From a virus: a stretch of DNA of 51,005 nt. The stretch lies in the IMG/VR virus record IMGVR_UViG_3300045051_000371, positions 1 through 51,005 of that record; one strand, 5' to 3'. The notes below the pieces were generated by a model. That model saw only the letters and a list, made by a program, of their open reading frames with translations, ran no database searches and was not told where the DNA came from. Each line of letters starts with the position of its first letter. Within the stretch, counting starts at the first letter, position 1. This document shows, piece by piece, positions 35,621-43,679 of the stretch. The translations under genes and the position numbers were made by a program.

Positions 35621-36556
35621 TTAAAGTGCATCAAGTTTCATGCGTTCACCAAGTGCAATTAGTGAGCGGACGTTGTGGCGAAGATCGCCACGTGTAAGTA
35701 GTGGTGGCAATGGATACTCGAAGCCAGGATAAAGCTCTGACCAAATAAGTTTTGCATCAGCAGGTCGTTCAATCAGATGCTTGATACGGAACTCAAATAT
35801 ACTAATACGAGCATGGAAGTCTTCACGTGTTGGAGTTCCTTGCGACGCACAAACAATGCGACAGTTGGAGATTTCATCAACACCGCCAATGCGTCTAATC
35901 CAACAGCGGCCATCGGAGTCTGGTTGTAGCGCCCGAAGCATCTTGGCTTGGAGATAATCAGGAAGGTCAAACACTTCATCAAGGAACAAAGTTCCACCGA
36001 ATGCTTGTTGGAATACACCATCTTTGCGGTTGTCTGCGCCTGTAAATGCACCTTTCTCGTAACCGAACAATTCAGTTTCCAACAGTGTCGCTGGAATCGC
36101 TGCACAGTTAAGTGCAACAAAAGGTCCTTGTCGCCAAGGTCCATGCAAGGCGCGAGCAAGCAGTTCCTTGCCAACACCCGTAGGTCCACGAAGTAGAACA
36201 GTGTGATCAGTGTAAGCCAGCTTGCGGATGCAACGACAGGTGTCCAGTGTATCAGGGTCTTGTGTGTAAAAAGATTCCAGTCCATTGTAATACTCAGTAT
36301 GCTTAGGTGGCATCCGGCACACTACACGACCTGCATCAGCAACTAAAGGCTCAGCCAAAGATTCTGCTGCCTCGATACGACCTTTAAGATCTTGATACCG
36401 GAACTTAACATTGTTGGGAGTCTTTGCACGTTTGGGATCTACGATTATATGCTTCCATCGCTCCTCAGCCTTTGCATTACGATCCATTGCCCGCATAAAG
36501 ATCTCGACATTCTTAGGATCATGGATGTCGGTAATTTCAATAGTTGAATCACTCAT
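35621..36556 (-). CDS. Sigma-54-dependent transcriptional activator (bEBP AAA+ domain) without an HTH domain
   Basis: LLRGPTGVGKELLARALH, FVALNCAAIP, ETELFGYEKGAFTGA, GGTLFLDEV, QAKMLRALQ and HNVRSLI, collinear with the NtrC central domain. The protein ends right after sensor II. Confidence 0.85.
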   Translation of the reverse strand: MSDSTIEITDIHDPKNVEIFMRAMDRNAKAEERWKHIIVDPKRAKTPNNVKFRYQDLKGRIEAAESLAEPLVADAGRVVCRMPPKHTEYYNGLESFYTQDPDTLDTCRCIRKLAYTDHTVLLRGPTGVGKELLARALHGPWRQGPFVALNCAAIPATLLETELFGYEKGAFTGADNRKDGVFQQAFGGTLFLDEVFDLPDYLQAKMLRALQPDSDGRCWIRRIGGVDEISNCRIVCASQGTPTREDFHARISIFEFRIKHLIERPADAKLIWSELYPGFEYPLPPLLTRGDLRHNVRSLIALGERMKLDAL

Positions 36557-36789
36557 ATGATTAGCGTTACATGAATATTGCCAGGAACTAAATTACAACA
36601 ATCGCTTTGGTTACAAATTTCATTACGCCAATTTACCTTCCATGTAAGATTACCCGGTAAAGGGTAGTGAGACGTGGCACAGGAGATAAGTTCTTCATCA
36701 GTCCAGTTTTTGCTTACACAAACTTCGATTGTAAACTTGGGACTCGTTATAACATCAAATGAACTTTTTAAAGCTGTATCACTCATCAC
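36553..36789 (-). CDS. Small hypothetical protein
   Basis: ORF track, overlap-coupled to the activator gene. Confidence 0.45.
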   Translation of the reverse strand: MMSDTALKSSFDVITSPKFTIEVCVSKNWTDEELISCATSHYPLPGNLTWKVNWRNEICNQSDCCNLVPGNIHVTLII

Positions 36790-37855
36790 TTGTATCTCCA
36801 GTTACGTAATCCTCAGGGTTGACTTTCTCAATATAAGGATCATTGATTACGAGACTATCATTTGTCCAGACCATATCAGAGTAGGTTTCCGTCGAAGTGT
36901 GTCTATCGCAGCGAAGTTTCTGCGAGACCTTCTTGGCTACTTTAACTTCACGGGTGCCGTTGAAGGCAAGGGATTCTTGGTAGGTATCAGAACAGGAAGT
37001 CAGTCGGTGTGCTCGACCATAGGCTTGGACAACCATCTTGGAAGAGTATGGAAGTCCCAGCTTTGAGCGACGAGGACGAGTGCCATCTTCATCATGCAGC
37101 GAGAGTGCAACACCACCACTGGCCAATGTAAAGATTGCATAATCTGCTTGTCCAGCTTGGAATGCACGTATCTGTTTCCAACGGGTTTCCTTATCCACTG
37201 CACCAAGCAAGCTCTTATCAATCGCACTGAGATCTTGATTGAGCCTATTACTATACGACTCAATCAACTCATCCAACAACCCATCCTCAATGAACTGATT
37301 AACTTCTTCCTCGCTGAGCTTCTTGCGGATCTGTTCTTCAGCTACCTTACGTTTACGTTCTTGTGCTCCATATCCACCCCAGATGATTGCGATCTTGGCT
37401 GGGTTGACGCCGTGCTTGTGGACAAGGTTGTTGACTACCTCTACGACAGATCGCTTGAAGCACAGCCCAATGACACTGGCATAGCCTTCTGCAACTTCGT
37501 TGTATGCTTCTTGTGCAATGATGACAGTCTTCAGTCGTTCAGCTTCTTCACGCAGCTTGCCATCTTCAACAAGCTTCCGGATGACCGGATGATGATACTC
37601 GTCAATCCTAGCACACTCAGCCATGTAGCGATTGAATGCTTGGTTATAACAGATATGATCTTCTTCGGATGCGAACTCAATGAGCCGCACCCGGTTGTAT
37701 GATTTGAATGCGGATGGAATCTTAGGCATCCGGTAGTAGCGGTTGCCTAGTAGCCCCACCATGCGACGGATGGATACTTCGTTGTAGTCTAAATGATCTG
37801 CGGGATAACAGATCTGTGAGACCACAGAGTGCCAATTATCAGGAGTGACGATCAT
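36779..37855 (-). CDS. SF2 helicase, C-terminal (RecA2) half
   Basis: Motif IV-like VIGLCFKRS, motif V FTLASGGVALSL, motif VI VQAYGRAHRL. I took the ATG at 37855. Confidence 0.6.
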   Translation of the reverse strand: MIVTPDNWHSVVSQICYPADHLDYNEVSIRRMVGLLGNRYYRMPKIPSAFKSYNRVRLIEFASEEDHICYNQAFNRYMAECARIDEYHHPVIRKLVEDGKLREEAERLKTVIIAQEAYNEVAEGYASVIGLCFKRSVVEVVNNLVHKHGVNPAKIAIIWGGYGAQERKRKVAEEQIRKKLSEEEVNQFIEDGLLDELIESYSNRLNQDLSAIDKSLLGAVDKETRWKQIRAFQAGQADYAIFTLASGGVALSLHDEDGTRPRRSKLGLPYSSKMVVQAYGRAHRLTSCSDTYQESLAFNGTREVKVAKKVSQKLRCDRHTSTETYSDMVWTNDSLVINDPYIEKVNPEDYVTGDTSDE

Positions 37856-38039
37856 TTGGTGACAAACTGTGAAGTCTATTACTAAACTCAAGAAGTTTCG
37901 CTTCAAGCTCACGTTGGCGCAAGCTATAAATTTCTCGGGAAAGAATAATATTAGTTTGCGCAAGACTGCGATTATCTTGCAAGGCTCGTTGAAGCTCGTC
38001 CTTCAACTGATGCAACAGATAGTTTTCTTCAGGTGTCAT
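37839..38039 (-). CDS. Small coiled-coil protein
   Basis: ORF track. Lies between the two helicase halves. Confidence 0.4.
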   Translation of the reverse strand: MTPEENYLLHQLKDELQRALQDNRSLAQTNIILSREIYSLRQRELEAKLLEFSNRLHSLSPNDRHS

Positions 38040-38317
38040 GATAGGTGATACAGTTGCCGAATAGTTTCATCCTTCTGCGCGTTGATAGATTCCAGTCGAT
38101 GCACTAGCATCTTCTCCAGAACGCGCTGCTCTGGCAAGGTGAGTTCCATGCGTAGCTCCGTTCCGCCAGGCATTACTAACTTCAACGGGAGGAATTCAAA
38201 ATCTTTCCGGCTATACCTCAAGAAGTGCTCAACAAGATCAGCATCTCGCTCAGCCTTCTCGATCTTGAACAATAGTGTCTTGCTGTCCATAAAAATCAGG
38301 ATGTTCACCACAAGCAC
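38036..38317 (-). CDS. Small hypothetical protein
   Basis: ORF track. Lies between the two helicase halves. Confidence 0.4.
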   Translation of the reverse strand: MLVVNILIFMDSKTLLFKIEKAERDADLVEHFLRYSRKDFEFLPLKLVMPGGTELRMELTLPEQRVLEKMLVHRLESINAQKDETIRQLYHLS

Positions 38318-38510
38318 GGGATGTCTTGGCTACTTGTGGGTATAGTGTCTTGGGATACTGTTGTTCTTCATTGTTCTGCACGTCCTTGGTGAAGATAAAG
38401 ATGGCTGGAGGATAGGCTTTACAATCTCCCATCATTTCAGTCTTCTTGATTCCACGCTCTTCAAAGAACGGACAGTTACCGCAGGTTGCATTGGGGTTTC
38501 TCATTAGCAA
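38250..38510 (-). CDS. Small Cys-rich protein
   Basis: CGNCPFF...GDCKAY...ACGEH. Lies between the two helicase halves. Confidence 0.4.
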   Translation of the reverse strand: MLMRNPNATCGNCPFFEERGIKKTEMMGDCKAYPPAIFIFTKDVQNNEEQQYPKTLYPQVAKTSRACGEHPDFYGQQDTIVQDREG

Positions 38511-39352
38511 ATCTTCTTTCGGATTTCAAGGATCATTTCTTCTGTGACTTCATACTTCAACATAGCAAGCATCAACTCCGTGGCACGGGTAGCCACTGTA
38601 GCAGAGGTGAGTAAGAGACGAGGTTTGCGGGTGGTCATAACATAAGCAGCGAGGACTTTAGTAATCTTGGCATTGGGGTTACCAACTGTGTGAGACTCGT
38701 CACACACAAGCAGAGCCGGCTGTCGTCCGGGTCGCCAAGAGATAACCTCTGTTTCAATACCCTCTAAACTCTGGACTTCCCACTTGAGATACTCCTTGAT
38801 TCCCGCAGAGCTGCGAAGATTCTCATAGTTCACCACCAGTAGATCTTCACGCTTGATGCCGAACAATTCCTCCGCTACGTAACGTGTCTGTAGAACTGCA
38901 TTGTCCTTCGTCAGCCACATAACCGGAACAGTCATATGGAATTCGGACAGTGTGCTCTTTAGCCATGGGAGCATCTCATGAATTGCTGCGCTGACGGCGA
39001 ATGTCTTACCATTGCCAGCAACACTAGACATAACGAAGGACATCTCATTGTTATGCTGGAACTGCTGGATGATGTTGAGTGCACAGGTGTTATGCTGTGC
39101 GTAATACTTGACCTTTGGATTCTTGGCGAGGATGTCCAGCTTACGCTCTGAGCGAGTGATGACTGTCTTCTCGCTGGTGGGAGTAGCTGCTTGTTCGTGG
39201 TCGAGTTGAGCTGCTATGATGTCGGGGAAGGTGACAGTGGAGGCGGGAACAGTGCGGTCAGCGTCGGATGGTGTGATGCCAAGTCGCTGCTTGATGTCGT
39301 AAAGGGATACGCTGAGCTTCTTGGCTTTAATGAATGCGATGGCGGAGATCAT
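38504..39352 (-). CDS. SF2 (DExH) helicase, N-terminal (RecA1) half
   Basis: Motif I AGNGKT, motif II LVCDESH, motif III LLLTSAT. It ends with TAA. Confidence 0.6.
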   Translation of the reverse strand: MISAIAFIKAKKLSVSLYDIKQRLGITPSDADRTVPASTVTFPDIIAAQLDHEQAATPTSEKTVITRSERKLDILAKNPKVKYYAQHNTCALNIIQQFQHNNEMSFVMSSVAGNGKTFAVSAAIHEMLPWLKSTLSEFHMTVPVMWLTKDNAVLQTRYVAEELFGIKREDLLVVNYENLRSSAGIKEYLKWEVQSLEGIETEVISWRPGRQPALLVCDESHTVGNPNAKITKVLAAYVMTTRKPRLLLTSATVATRATELMLAMLKYEVTEEMILEIRKKIC

Positions 39353-39798
39353 ACACTAAGGATTTCCCTAAGTCTTTCAATTGTCAACCGTCCATCCACA
39401 ATACGCTCAGCAAAAACCAGCAGCTTGCTGTCACTGCATCCACCAAACTCCGGTTTGAGTCTAGCCATCAGTGATGCGAGTTCCTGCTTGCGCTGTTCAT
39501 TAGCAACCATCTCCGCTTCCCATTGTGCTACTCGCTTAGCGGACAGTTCCTTGTCACGTTCCAACTTTTCATTGCTGGCTACCCAGCGATCGTAATGCCA
39601 GAACAGGACTAGGTTGTTGCTTCCCGGAGACTCTTCAATGTATGCGAAGTGTGGGATTCTGAGTGGTAGAACGAAGGGGATATTAAACTGTGCAACGAGT
39701 TGTTCTGCGATTGGTTTGTCGAGAACAGCATAGTCACGCCAGGATACTATCGTGTCACGGAGATAGATGGTTGGAAGAGATAATGAGGGAGGGGTCAT
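39349..39798 (-). CDS. Hypothetical protein
   Basis: ORF track, ATGA-coupled. Confidence 0.5.
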   Translation of the reverse strand: MTPPSLSLPTIYLRDTIVSWRDYAVLDKPIAEQLVAQFNIPFVLPLRIPHFAYIEESPGSNNLVLFWHYDRWVASNEKLERDKELSAKRVAQWEAEMVANEQRKQELASLMARLKPEFGGCSDSKLLVFAERIVDGRLTIERLREILSV

Positions 39799-39887
39799 TG
39801 TGATTTATTTAGGAAGTAAAGCATCAGGCCAACAATACATATAGCTGTCACTGAAGCAATCAGGTCATTAATATTTTCAGGCGTCAT
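39795..39887 (-). CDS. 30-aa transmembrane micropeptide (MTPENINDLI...), paralog of 48248..48334
   Basis: Found by hand translation, with ATGA overlaps on both sides and one TM segment. Confidence 0.45.
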   Translation of the reverse strand: MTPENINDLIASVTAICIVGLMLYFLNKSQ

Positions 39888-40054
39888 AGCGTTTTCATTA
39901 TGCAACTACTACACCAATAGTGCAACGTGGTTTCTTTTGCACCTTTCTTTGGTGTGGAGAATCGTGGAACAAAGCGACCACATTGGTGGCAGCGGGGTTT
40001 ACGTTTGGATAAGACAGGAATTATGCAGCCAGACTTAGGGAGTATCAGTATCAT
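39884..40054 (-). CDS. Small Zn-ribbon-like protein
   Basis: CHQCG...CSSC. I took the internal ATG at 40054. Confidence 0.4.
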   Translation of the reverse strand: MILILPKSGCIIPVLSKRKPRCHQCGRFVPRFSTPKKGAKETTLHYWCSSCIMKTL

Positions 40055-40298
40055 CTTTACTCTCCTCTCTGCTGAGACTGACAGATCCCCACAATCCGAA
40101 GACAAACAACTGAAGTCCAGCAGCCAGCATTACATAATCAAATCGAAAGATAAAAGCTAGATAGAGGTGTGTGATTACCCATCCTAGAAACATTGTGCCA
40201 AAAGCAGTTGATAAGCTTTCTGAGATTTTAGATTTCATAAAAGAAATGTTGCCTGTTGTAGAGTTTATAAATAGTATCGACAGGCGGCTGATACCCAA
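40035..40298 (-). CDS. Small membrane protein
   Basis: Two hydrophobic segments and an acidic C-terminal tail. Confidence 0.45.
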   Translation of the reverse strand: MGISRLSILFINSTTGNISFMKSKISESLSTAFGTMFLGWVITHLYLAFIFRFDYVMLAAGLQLFVFGLWGSVSLSREESKDDTDTP

Positions 40299-40481
40299 TG
40301 AAAGGCGCTGCTAGTCAATCATGTAAACCTAGCAGACTCACAGGGAGAGCTCTACTACTCGTTGAAATTTCTAAGACCCTAGCCAACCGGCTAGTGATTA
40401 CGACATCGTGTCAACTTAGTTTACCACTCGTTAACGTCATTAGAGTGGTGAAAACTACGCGGAGAGTATTACCCCTCCGCG

Positions 40482-40575
40482 TTCTCCGTGTAGGAATCGA
40501 ACCTACCTAGGACACTGCTCAACCACGACAGCGCCTGCCGGCCGTCGCCGGTGATTACCAAGTATCAGACGGAGG
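40482..40575 (-). ncRNA. tRNA-like element with T arm, D arm and acceptor pairing but no anticodon arm
   Basis: The minus strand reads GTAGG-TTCGATT-CCTAC (40506..40490). The acceptor pairs CCTCCGT/ACGGAGA at 6 of 7 positions. The D arm is TGAT-acttGGta-ATCA. The middle folds as CCGGC-gacg-GCCGG instead of an anticodon stem-loop. Confidence 0.3.
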
Positions 40576-40708
40576 AAATTGTTTGAGTGTTATAGCAGAA
40601 CTTGCACATGTATTCTGCTACTTGATTCATTCGCATGAACACCATGAACTGCAATTCTTTGTAGACTTTACATTTAATACATTCATAAACCTTGATGGTT
40701 GCTTTCAT
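40565..40708 (-). CDS. Small Zn-ribbon protein
   Basis: CIKC...CKFC. I took the ATG at 40708. Its 3' end abuts the tRNA-like element. Confidence 0.4.
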   Translation of the reverse strand: MKATIKVYECIKCKVYKELQFMVFMRMNQVAEYMCKFCYNTQTISSV

Positions 40709-40783
40709 TATGCTCTTGATTGTAGGGAGTAGTTGTTCTCCCCACAAGAAAGAGCACAAGGTGTTACCCCTGTGCCTTGATTG

Positions 40784-41413
40784 TTACGCCGCCTTCGGCT
40801 TACGGCGACGGGACTCAATGTCCGCAACGAGCGAAGTCTTCTGCACCTTGAGAACGCGCAACGCAGTGCGCTCTTCATCGGACAGAACATCCTTCACAGT
40901 ATATTCCATACCGGTGGCAGGATTGATGTCACCATTGAAGACAGGCTGCAACTTGGGCTCAAAGCCAGCGAGTTCCTTCTCGATAGCCTCAAGCGCCTCA
41001 GTCATATCCTTAATAGACGCACCCGCATCATCACGCAGCCACTTCTCCAGGGCCTTGGCAGCGATCTCTTCATCCAATCCTTCCTTCTCAGTAGTAGCAG
41101 CGCGAGTGCATTTGTTACCAGCCATGCGGAAGTCAGCATCCAGCACGCTGAGAACATTAGCCTCACCGCCATAGACCTGAATGTAATCCGCCAGCTTCCA
41201 GCCATTGCGATCAATCTGGACGGTCAACGGATAAACTTCAACTTCCTTGCGAACGATGTTGCCGTGAGCATCAAGCTGCGGCTGACCACTGGCATCGAGG
41301 ACATTGACAGGCTCCTTCACAGCACGCAGTGCCTTGGCGAGAACGATCTTGATTTCACGGGGACCAGACTGAGTGTCAAGGTTGAACGAACGAACGAGCT
41401 TATTGGTTTCCAT
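40784..41413 (-). CDS. Hypothetical protein with a basic C-terminal tail
   Basis: 209 aa, preceded by a 60-nt A-rich leader, ending RRRKPKAA. Confidence 0.55.
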   Translation of the reverse strand: METNKLVRSFNLDTQSGPREIKIVLAKALRAVKEPVNVLDASGQPQLDAHGNIVRKEVEVYPLTVQIDRNGWKLADYIQVYGGEANVLSVLDADFRMAGNKCTRAATTEKEGLDEEIAAKALEKWLRDDAGASIKDMTEALEAIEKELAGFEPKLQPVFNGDINPATGMEYTVKDVLSDEERTALRVLKVQKTSLVADIESRRRKPKAA

Positions 41414-41473
41414 AGTTTTCTGTTTTTGGTTTTTGTCTTCTACCTTTGTGGTTGAAGAAATTGTTTTTGTTTA

Positions 41474-41836
41474 CTATCCAAGGTCGGGAAGATACACTAC
41501 ATTACCGGGAAGATCGTTGGTCAATTCGAGCTTCGATGGATCTATACCAGCAAGTCCCGTGCCAACTGGTGTAAGAAGAAAGCACGTATCTGGATTAGCA
41601 CGTGCGTAATATTTGAATGCACGCAATGATTCATTGATCACATCAGGATCTAGTGAGCATAGCCGGGAGTCTTTCGTCGGAATGGCATAGCTATTACCCT
41701 GTCTTCCATTGCCTATTCCTTTCACCGCACCGAAGTGTGTTCGTGCAAAGAGCGCAGCACCTGCTCCGTGATAGCCGGCAAGGTTAGAACCAAAGACGAA
41801 GACGTAACGTGACGGGAGTGATTTGGTGAGGATCAT
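41474..41836 (-). CDS. Conserved phage protein with FVFGSNLAGxHGAGAA / SYAIPTK motifs (Rossmann-like; function unknown)
   Basis: I recall this motif pair from a widespread phage and bacterial family. I cannot name the family with certainty. Confidence 0.5.
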   Translation of the reverse strand: MILTKSLPSRYVFVFGSNLAGYHGAGAALFARTHFGAVKGIGNGRQGNSYAIPTKDSRLCSLDPDVINESLRAFKYYARANPDTCFLLTPVGTGLAGIDPSKLELTNDLPGNVVYLPDLG

Positions 41837-42018
41837 GATTCTTCTGCTAATTCGATTGCCACAAGTCGAAGCTTGTTGGGCCTGAGTTTTAGATGTTCGC
41901 CGATAAGTTTCAAACCATCATACTTTGTCTTGGCGTAGAGTTCGTAGACTTTGCCGGAGTAGAAGGCCATGTATGGATAGTCGCCTTCGGATTTTGTGTT
42001 GATCTTGATGTGGTTCAT
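41833..42018 (-). CDS. Small hypothetical protein
   Basis: ORF track, ATGA-coupled. Confidence 0.45.
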   Translation of the reverse strand: MNHIKINTKSEGDYPYMAFYSGKVYELYAKTKYDGLKLIGEHLKLRPNKLRLVAIELAEES

Positions 42019-42416
42019 TCAACTAGTTCCCAGTTGGTGGAATTGATGTCAGCGATAATAATACTATGAATGCTCCTGTCTTCTTGATCGTCTGTTGTGC
42101 TGTAATAAGTATTGTTATCTTTCCAGTAGATAGCATAACCATAGTTACGGATAGACTTTACTCGCTTTCCTCTTTGCAACTCTTCCCATGCCCAAGCGAA
42201 TGTGCCTTTGGGATAGGGGTTAGGTGGGGTCCAGAGGAGCCAGCCAGCATAGTTGAACATACTCTGAGTTAGTGATTGGGCTTCTCCTTCTTCAGAAAGA
42301 ATTACATCATCTTTAATATAGATGTATTCTTCTGGTCCCCAATTACTATGTCTAATCTTCTTCCCTTCCAGCATTTGCTGGATGGCCCACAAGGATGCTC
42401 CGGGTGTTAGGTTCAT
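42015..42416 (-). CDS. DUF2829-like (Tad2-like) protein
   Basis: Two copies of the pattern a-x-x-x-L-x-x-G-K-K/R-V/I (AIQQMLEGKKIRHSNW and AWEELQRGKRVKS), plus a C-terminal IADINSTNWELV resembling the DUF2829 ending. Confidence 0.45.
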   Translation of the reverse strand: MNLTPGASLWAIQQMLEGKKIRHSNWGPEEYIYIKDDVILSEEGEAQSLTQSMFNYAGWLLWTPPNPYPKGTFAWAWEELQRGKRVKSIRNYGYAIYWKDNNTYYSTTDDQEDRSIHSIIIADINSTNWELVE

Positions 42417-42766
42417 GCGAGTTTTGATAGTTGTTTCTTGGTGATGATCTTGTGACGAAGGAGTAGTCGTAGTGTCTCGATTACACTGTAAGAACTAACA
42501 CCATTCGGCTTATAGCAACGTTTGTATTTTCTATATTCATTTACACCAGCTGAAGAAGCTACTCTGACTGTATGATATTGGCGTCCTTCGGACGGAAAGA
42601 TCTGAACATCTGCAAGGTTAGCAGTATTCAGCTTTGCAATAACATCACGCTTTACCACGTCTTCATAGGCAGCAAAAAGCTCCTTGCGTTTGTTATTAAT
42701 TTTTTCAAGCCGCGCTTCTTCTAACTTAATCAAAGCTTGAGCTTGTTGTTTAATTGTTGGATTCAT
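42413..42766 (-). CDS. Hypothetical protein
   Basis: I took the internal ATG at 42766 (MNPTIKQQ...). Confidence 0.45.
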   Translation of the reverse strand: MNPTIKQQAQALIKLEEARLEKINNKRKELFAAYEDVVKRDVIAKLNTANLADVQIFPSEGRQYHTVRVASSAGVNEYRKYKRCYKPNGVSSYSVIETLRLLLRHKIITKKQLSKLA

Positions 42767-42899
42767 AGTATTCAGCTTCTTCAATTGTCCAGACTTCATC
42801 GGGACGTGAGTGGATAAAGACCAGAGCATTAGCATAAGTGCTAAAGACTTTTCGTGTGTGTTCTGCTGTGATGCAAGTTGCGATGTAGCAGGTTTTCAT
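42750..42899 (-). CDS. Small hypothetical protein (49 aa)
   Basis: Found by hand translation, with an ATGA overlap with the upstream ORF. Confidence 0.4.
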   Translation of the reverse strand: MKTCYIATCITAEHTRKVFSTYANALVFIHSRPDEVWTIEEAEYYESNN

Positions 42900-43066
42900 T
42901 TATCGTTGGATGTAAACATAATTACTTTTCCTCGCCCCATAGTCTCAGCCCAGTGAACTGCCACTGCTGACTGGCGAAGATGTTCGACTTCGAGGATGAT
43001 AGTGGTTTCGTCGGGGATGTGTGTGAGGAATTCTTTGAGTGTGCCGATAGTAAGGAGTTCGTTCAT
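42896..43066 (-). CDS. Small hypothetical protein (56 aa)
   Basis: Found by hand translation, with ATGA overlaps on both sides. Confidence 0.4.
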   Translation of the reverse strand: MNELLTIGTLKEFLTHIPDETTIILEVEHLRQSAVAVHWAETMGRGKVIMFTSNDK

Positions 43067-43341
43067 AACACAATAACCAAACGATGGTCGTGGATTAGAA
43101 GTTGTTTGATGTCAGAAAAGAAAAATATAAGTTCGCGTTTGTGGCCAGCAGCAGAGTATTTTTCCAAGACAATATGATAGCGATCATTATCTAGTGGTAT
43201 GAGAAAGCTTAAAAATCGCTTGCTTTCATCCAAGTCTATCCACACAGACTTGTCGTGGAACTCTTGAAGAAGAGAACGTTTAACATTATCAACTTGATTA
43301 TTCAGACCGTTGATTAGGTCGAGGTAAGTTTCTAGGTTCAC
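43063..43341 (-). CDS. Hypothetical protein
   Basis: ORF track. Confidence 0.45.
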   Translation of the reverse strand: MNLETYLDLINGLNNQVDNVKRSLLQEFHDKSVWIDLDESKRFLSFLIPLDNDRYHIVLEKYSAAGHKRELIFFFSDIKQLLIHDHRLVIVL

Positions 43342-43679
43342 AGTGTTCTAGTAGTTAGTGTTGTCCCCGGCTTAGACACTAACGCCAGCACTGCGTCTTT
43401 ATCTTCTTCACGACAATGCACTCGCGGCGTTGCTTCTTTGCCACAGAATACTCCTGTCTCGATGACATAGTTACCTGGCATTAGTTCTTGGGTTTCTGTC
43501 TTGATGTTAAAGTGATTGCCAAAGCGTAACTCTTGTGGAGTGGCGTTGGGAAGTTGACAGATGCGATAGTAGGAACAGCTACCACCAGACCAGCCAGTTG
43601 TTGGATGGATACTGGTGGTGATATGAAGGATAGCCTTTCGCTTACGCGAGAAGTTAGGGACGAATTCGTGAATGGTCAT
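43338..43679 (-). CDS. Hypothetical protein
   Basis: ORF track. Confidence 0.45.
   Translation of the reverse strand: MTIHEFVPNFSRKRKAILHITTSIHPTTGWSGGSCSYYRICQLPNATPQELRFGNHFNIKTETQELMPGNYVIETGVFCGKEATPRVHCREEDKDAVLALVSKPGTTLTTRTL

Noticed and set aside
39590-39604. Minus-strand TGGCAT-tacga-TCGC (-24/-12-like) inside gene 39349..39798.
   Set aside because: The -12 element deviates (TCGC), the site is intragenic, and it lies 240 nt from the next start. It is indistinguishable from background relaxed matches.
40482-40506. T-arm plus acceptor 3' half as an attP core for tRNA-targeted integration.
   Set aside because: I recognised no integrase, excisionase or repressor anywhere in the genome. 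The idea is kept only as a remote alternative under the tRNA-like finding.
40298-40510. 70-aa plus-strand ORF across the structured spacer.
   Set aside because: It is on the opposite strand to all neighbouring genes, covers the hairpins and the T-arm, and has no plausible start context.
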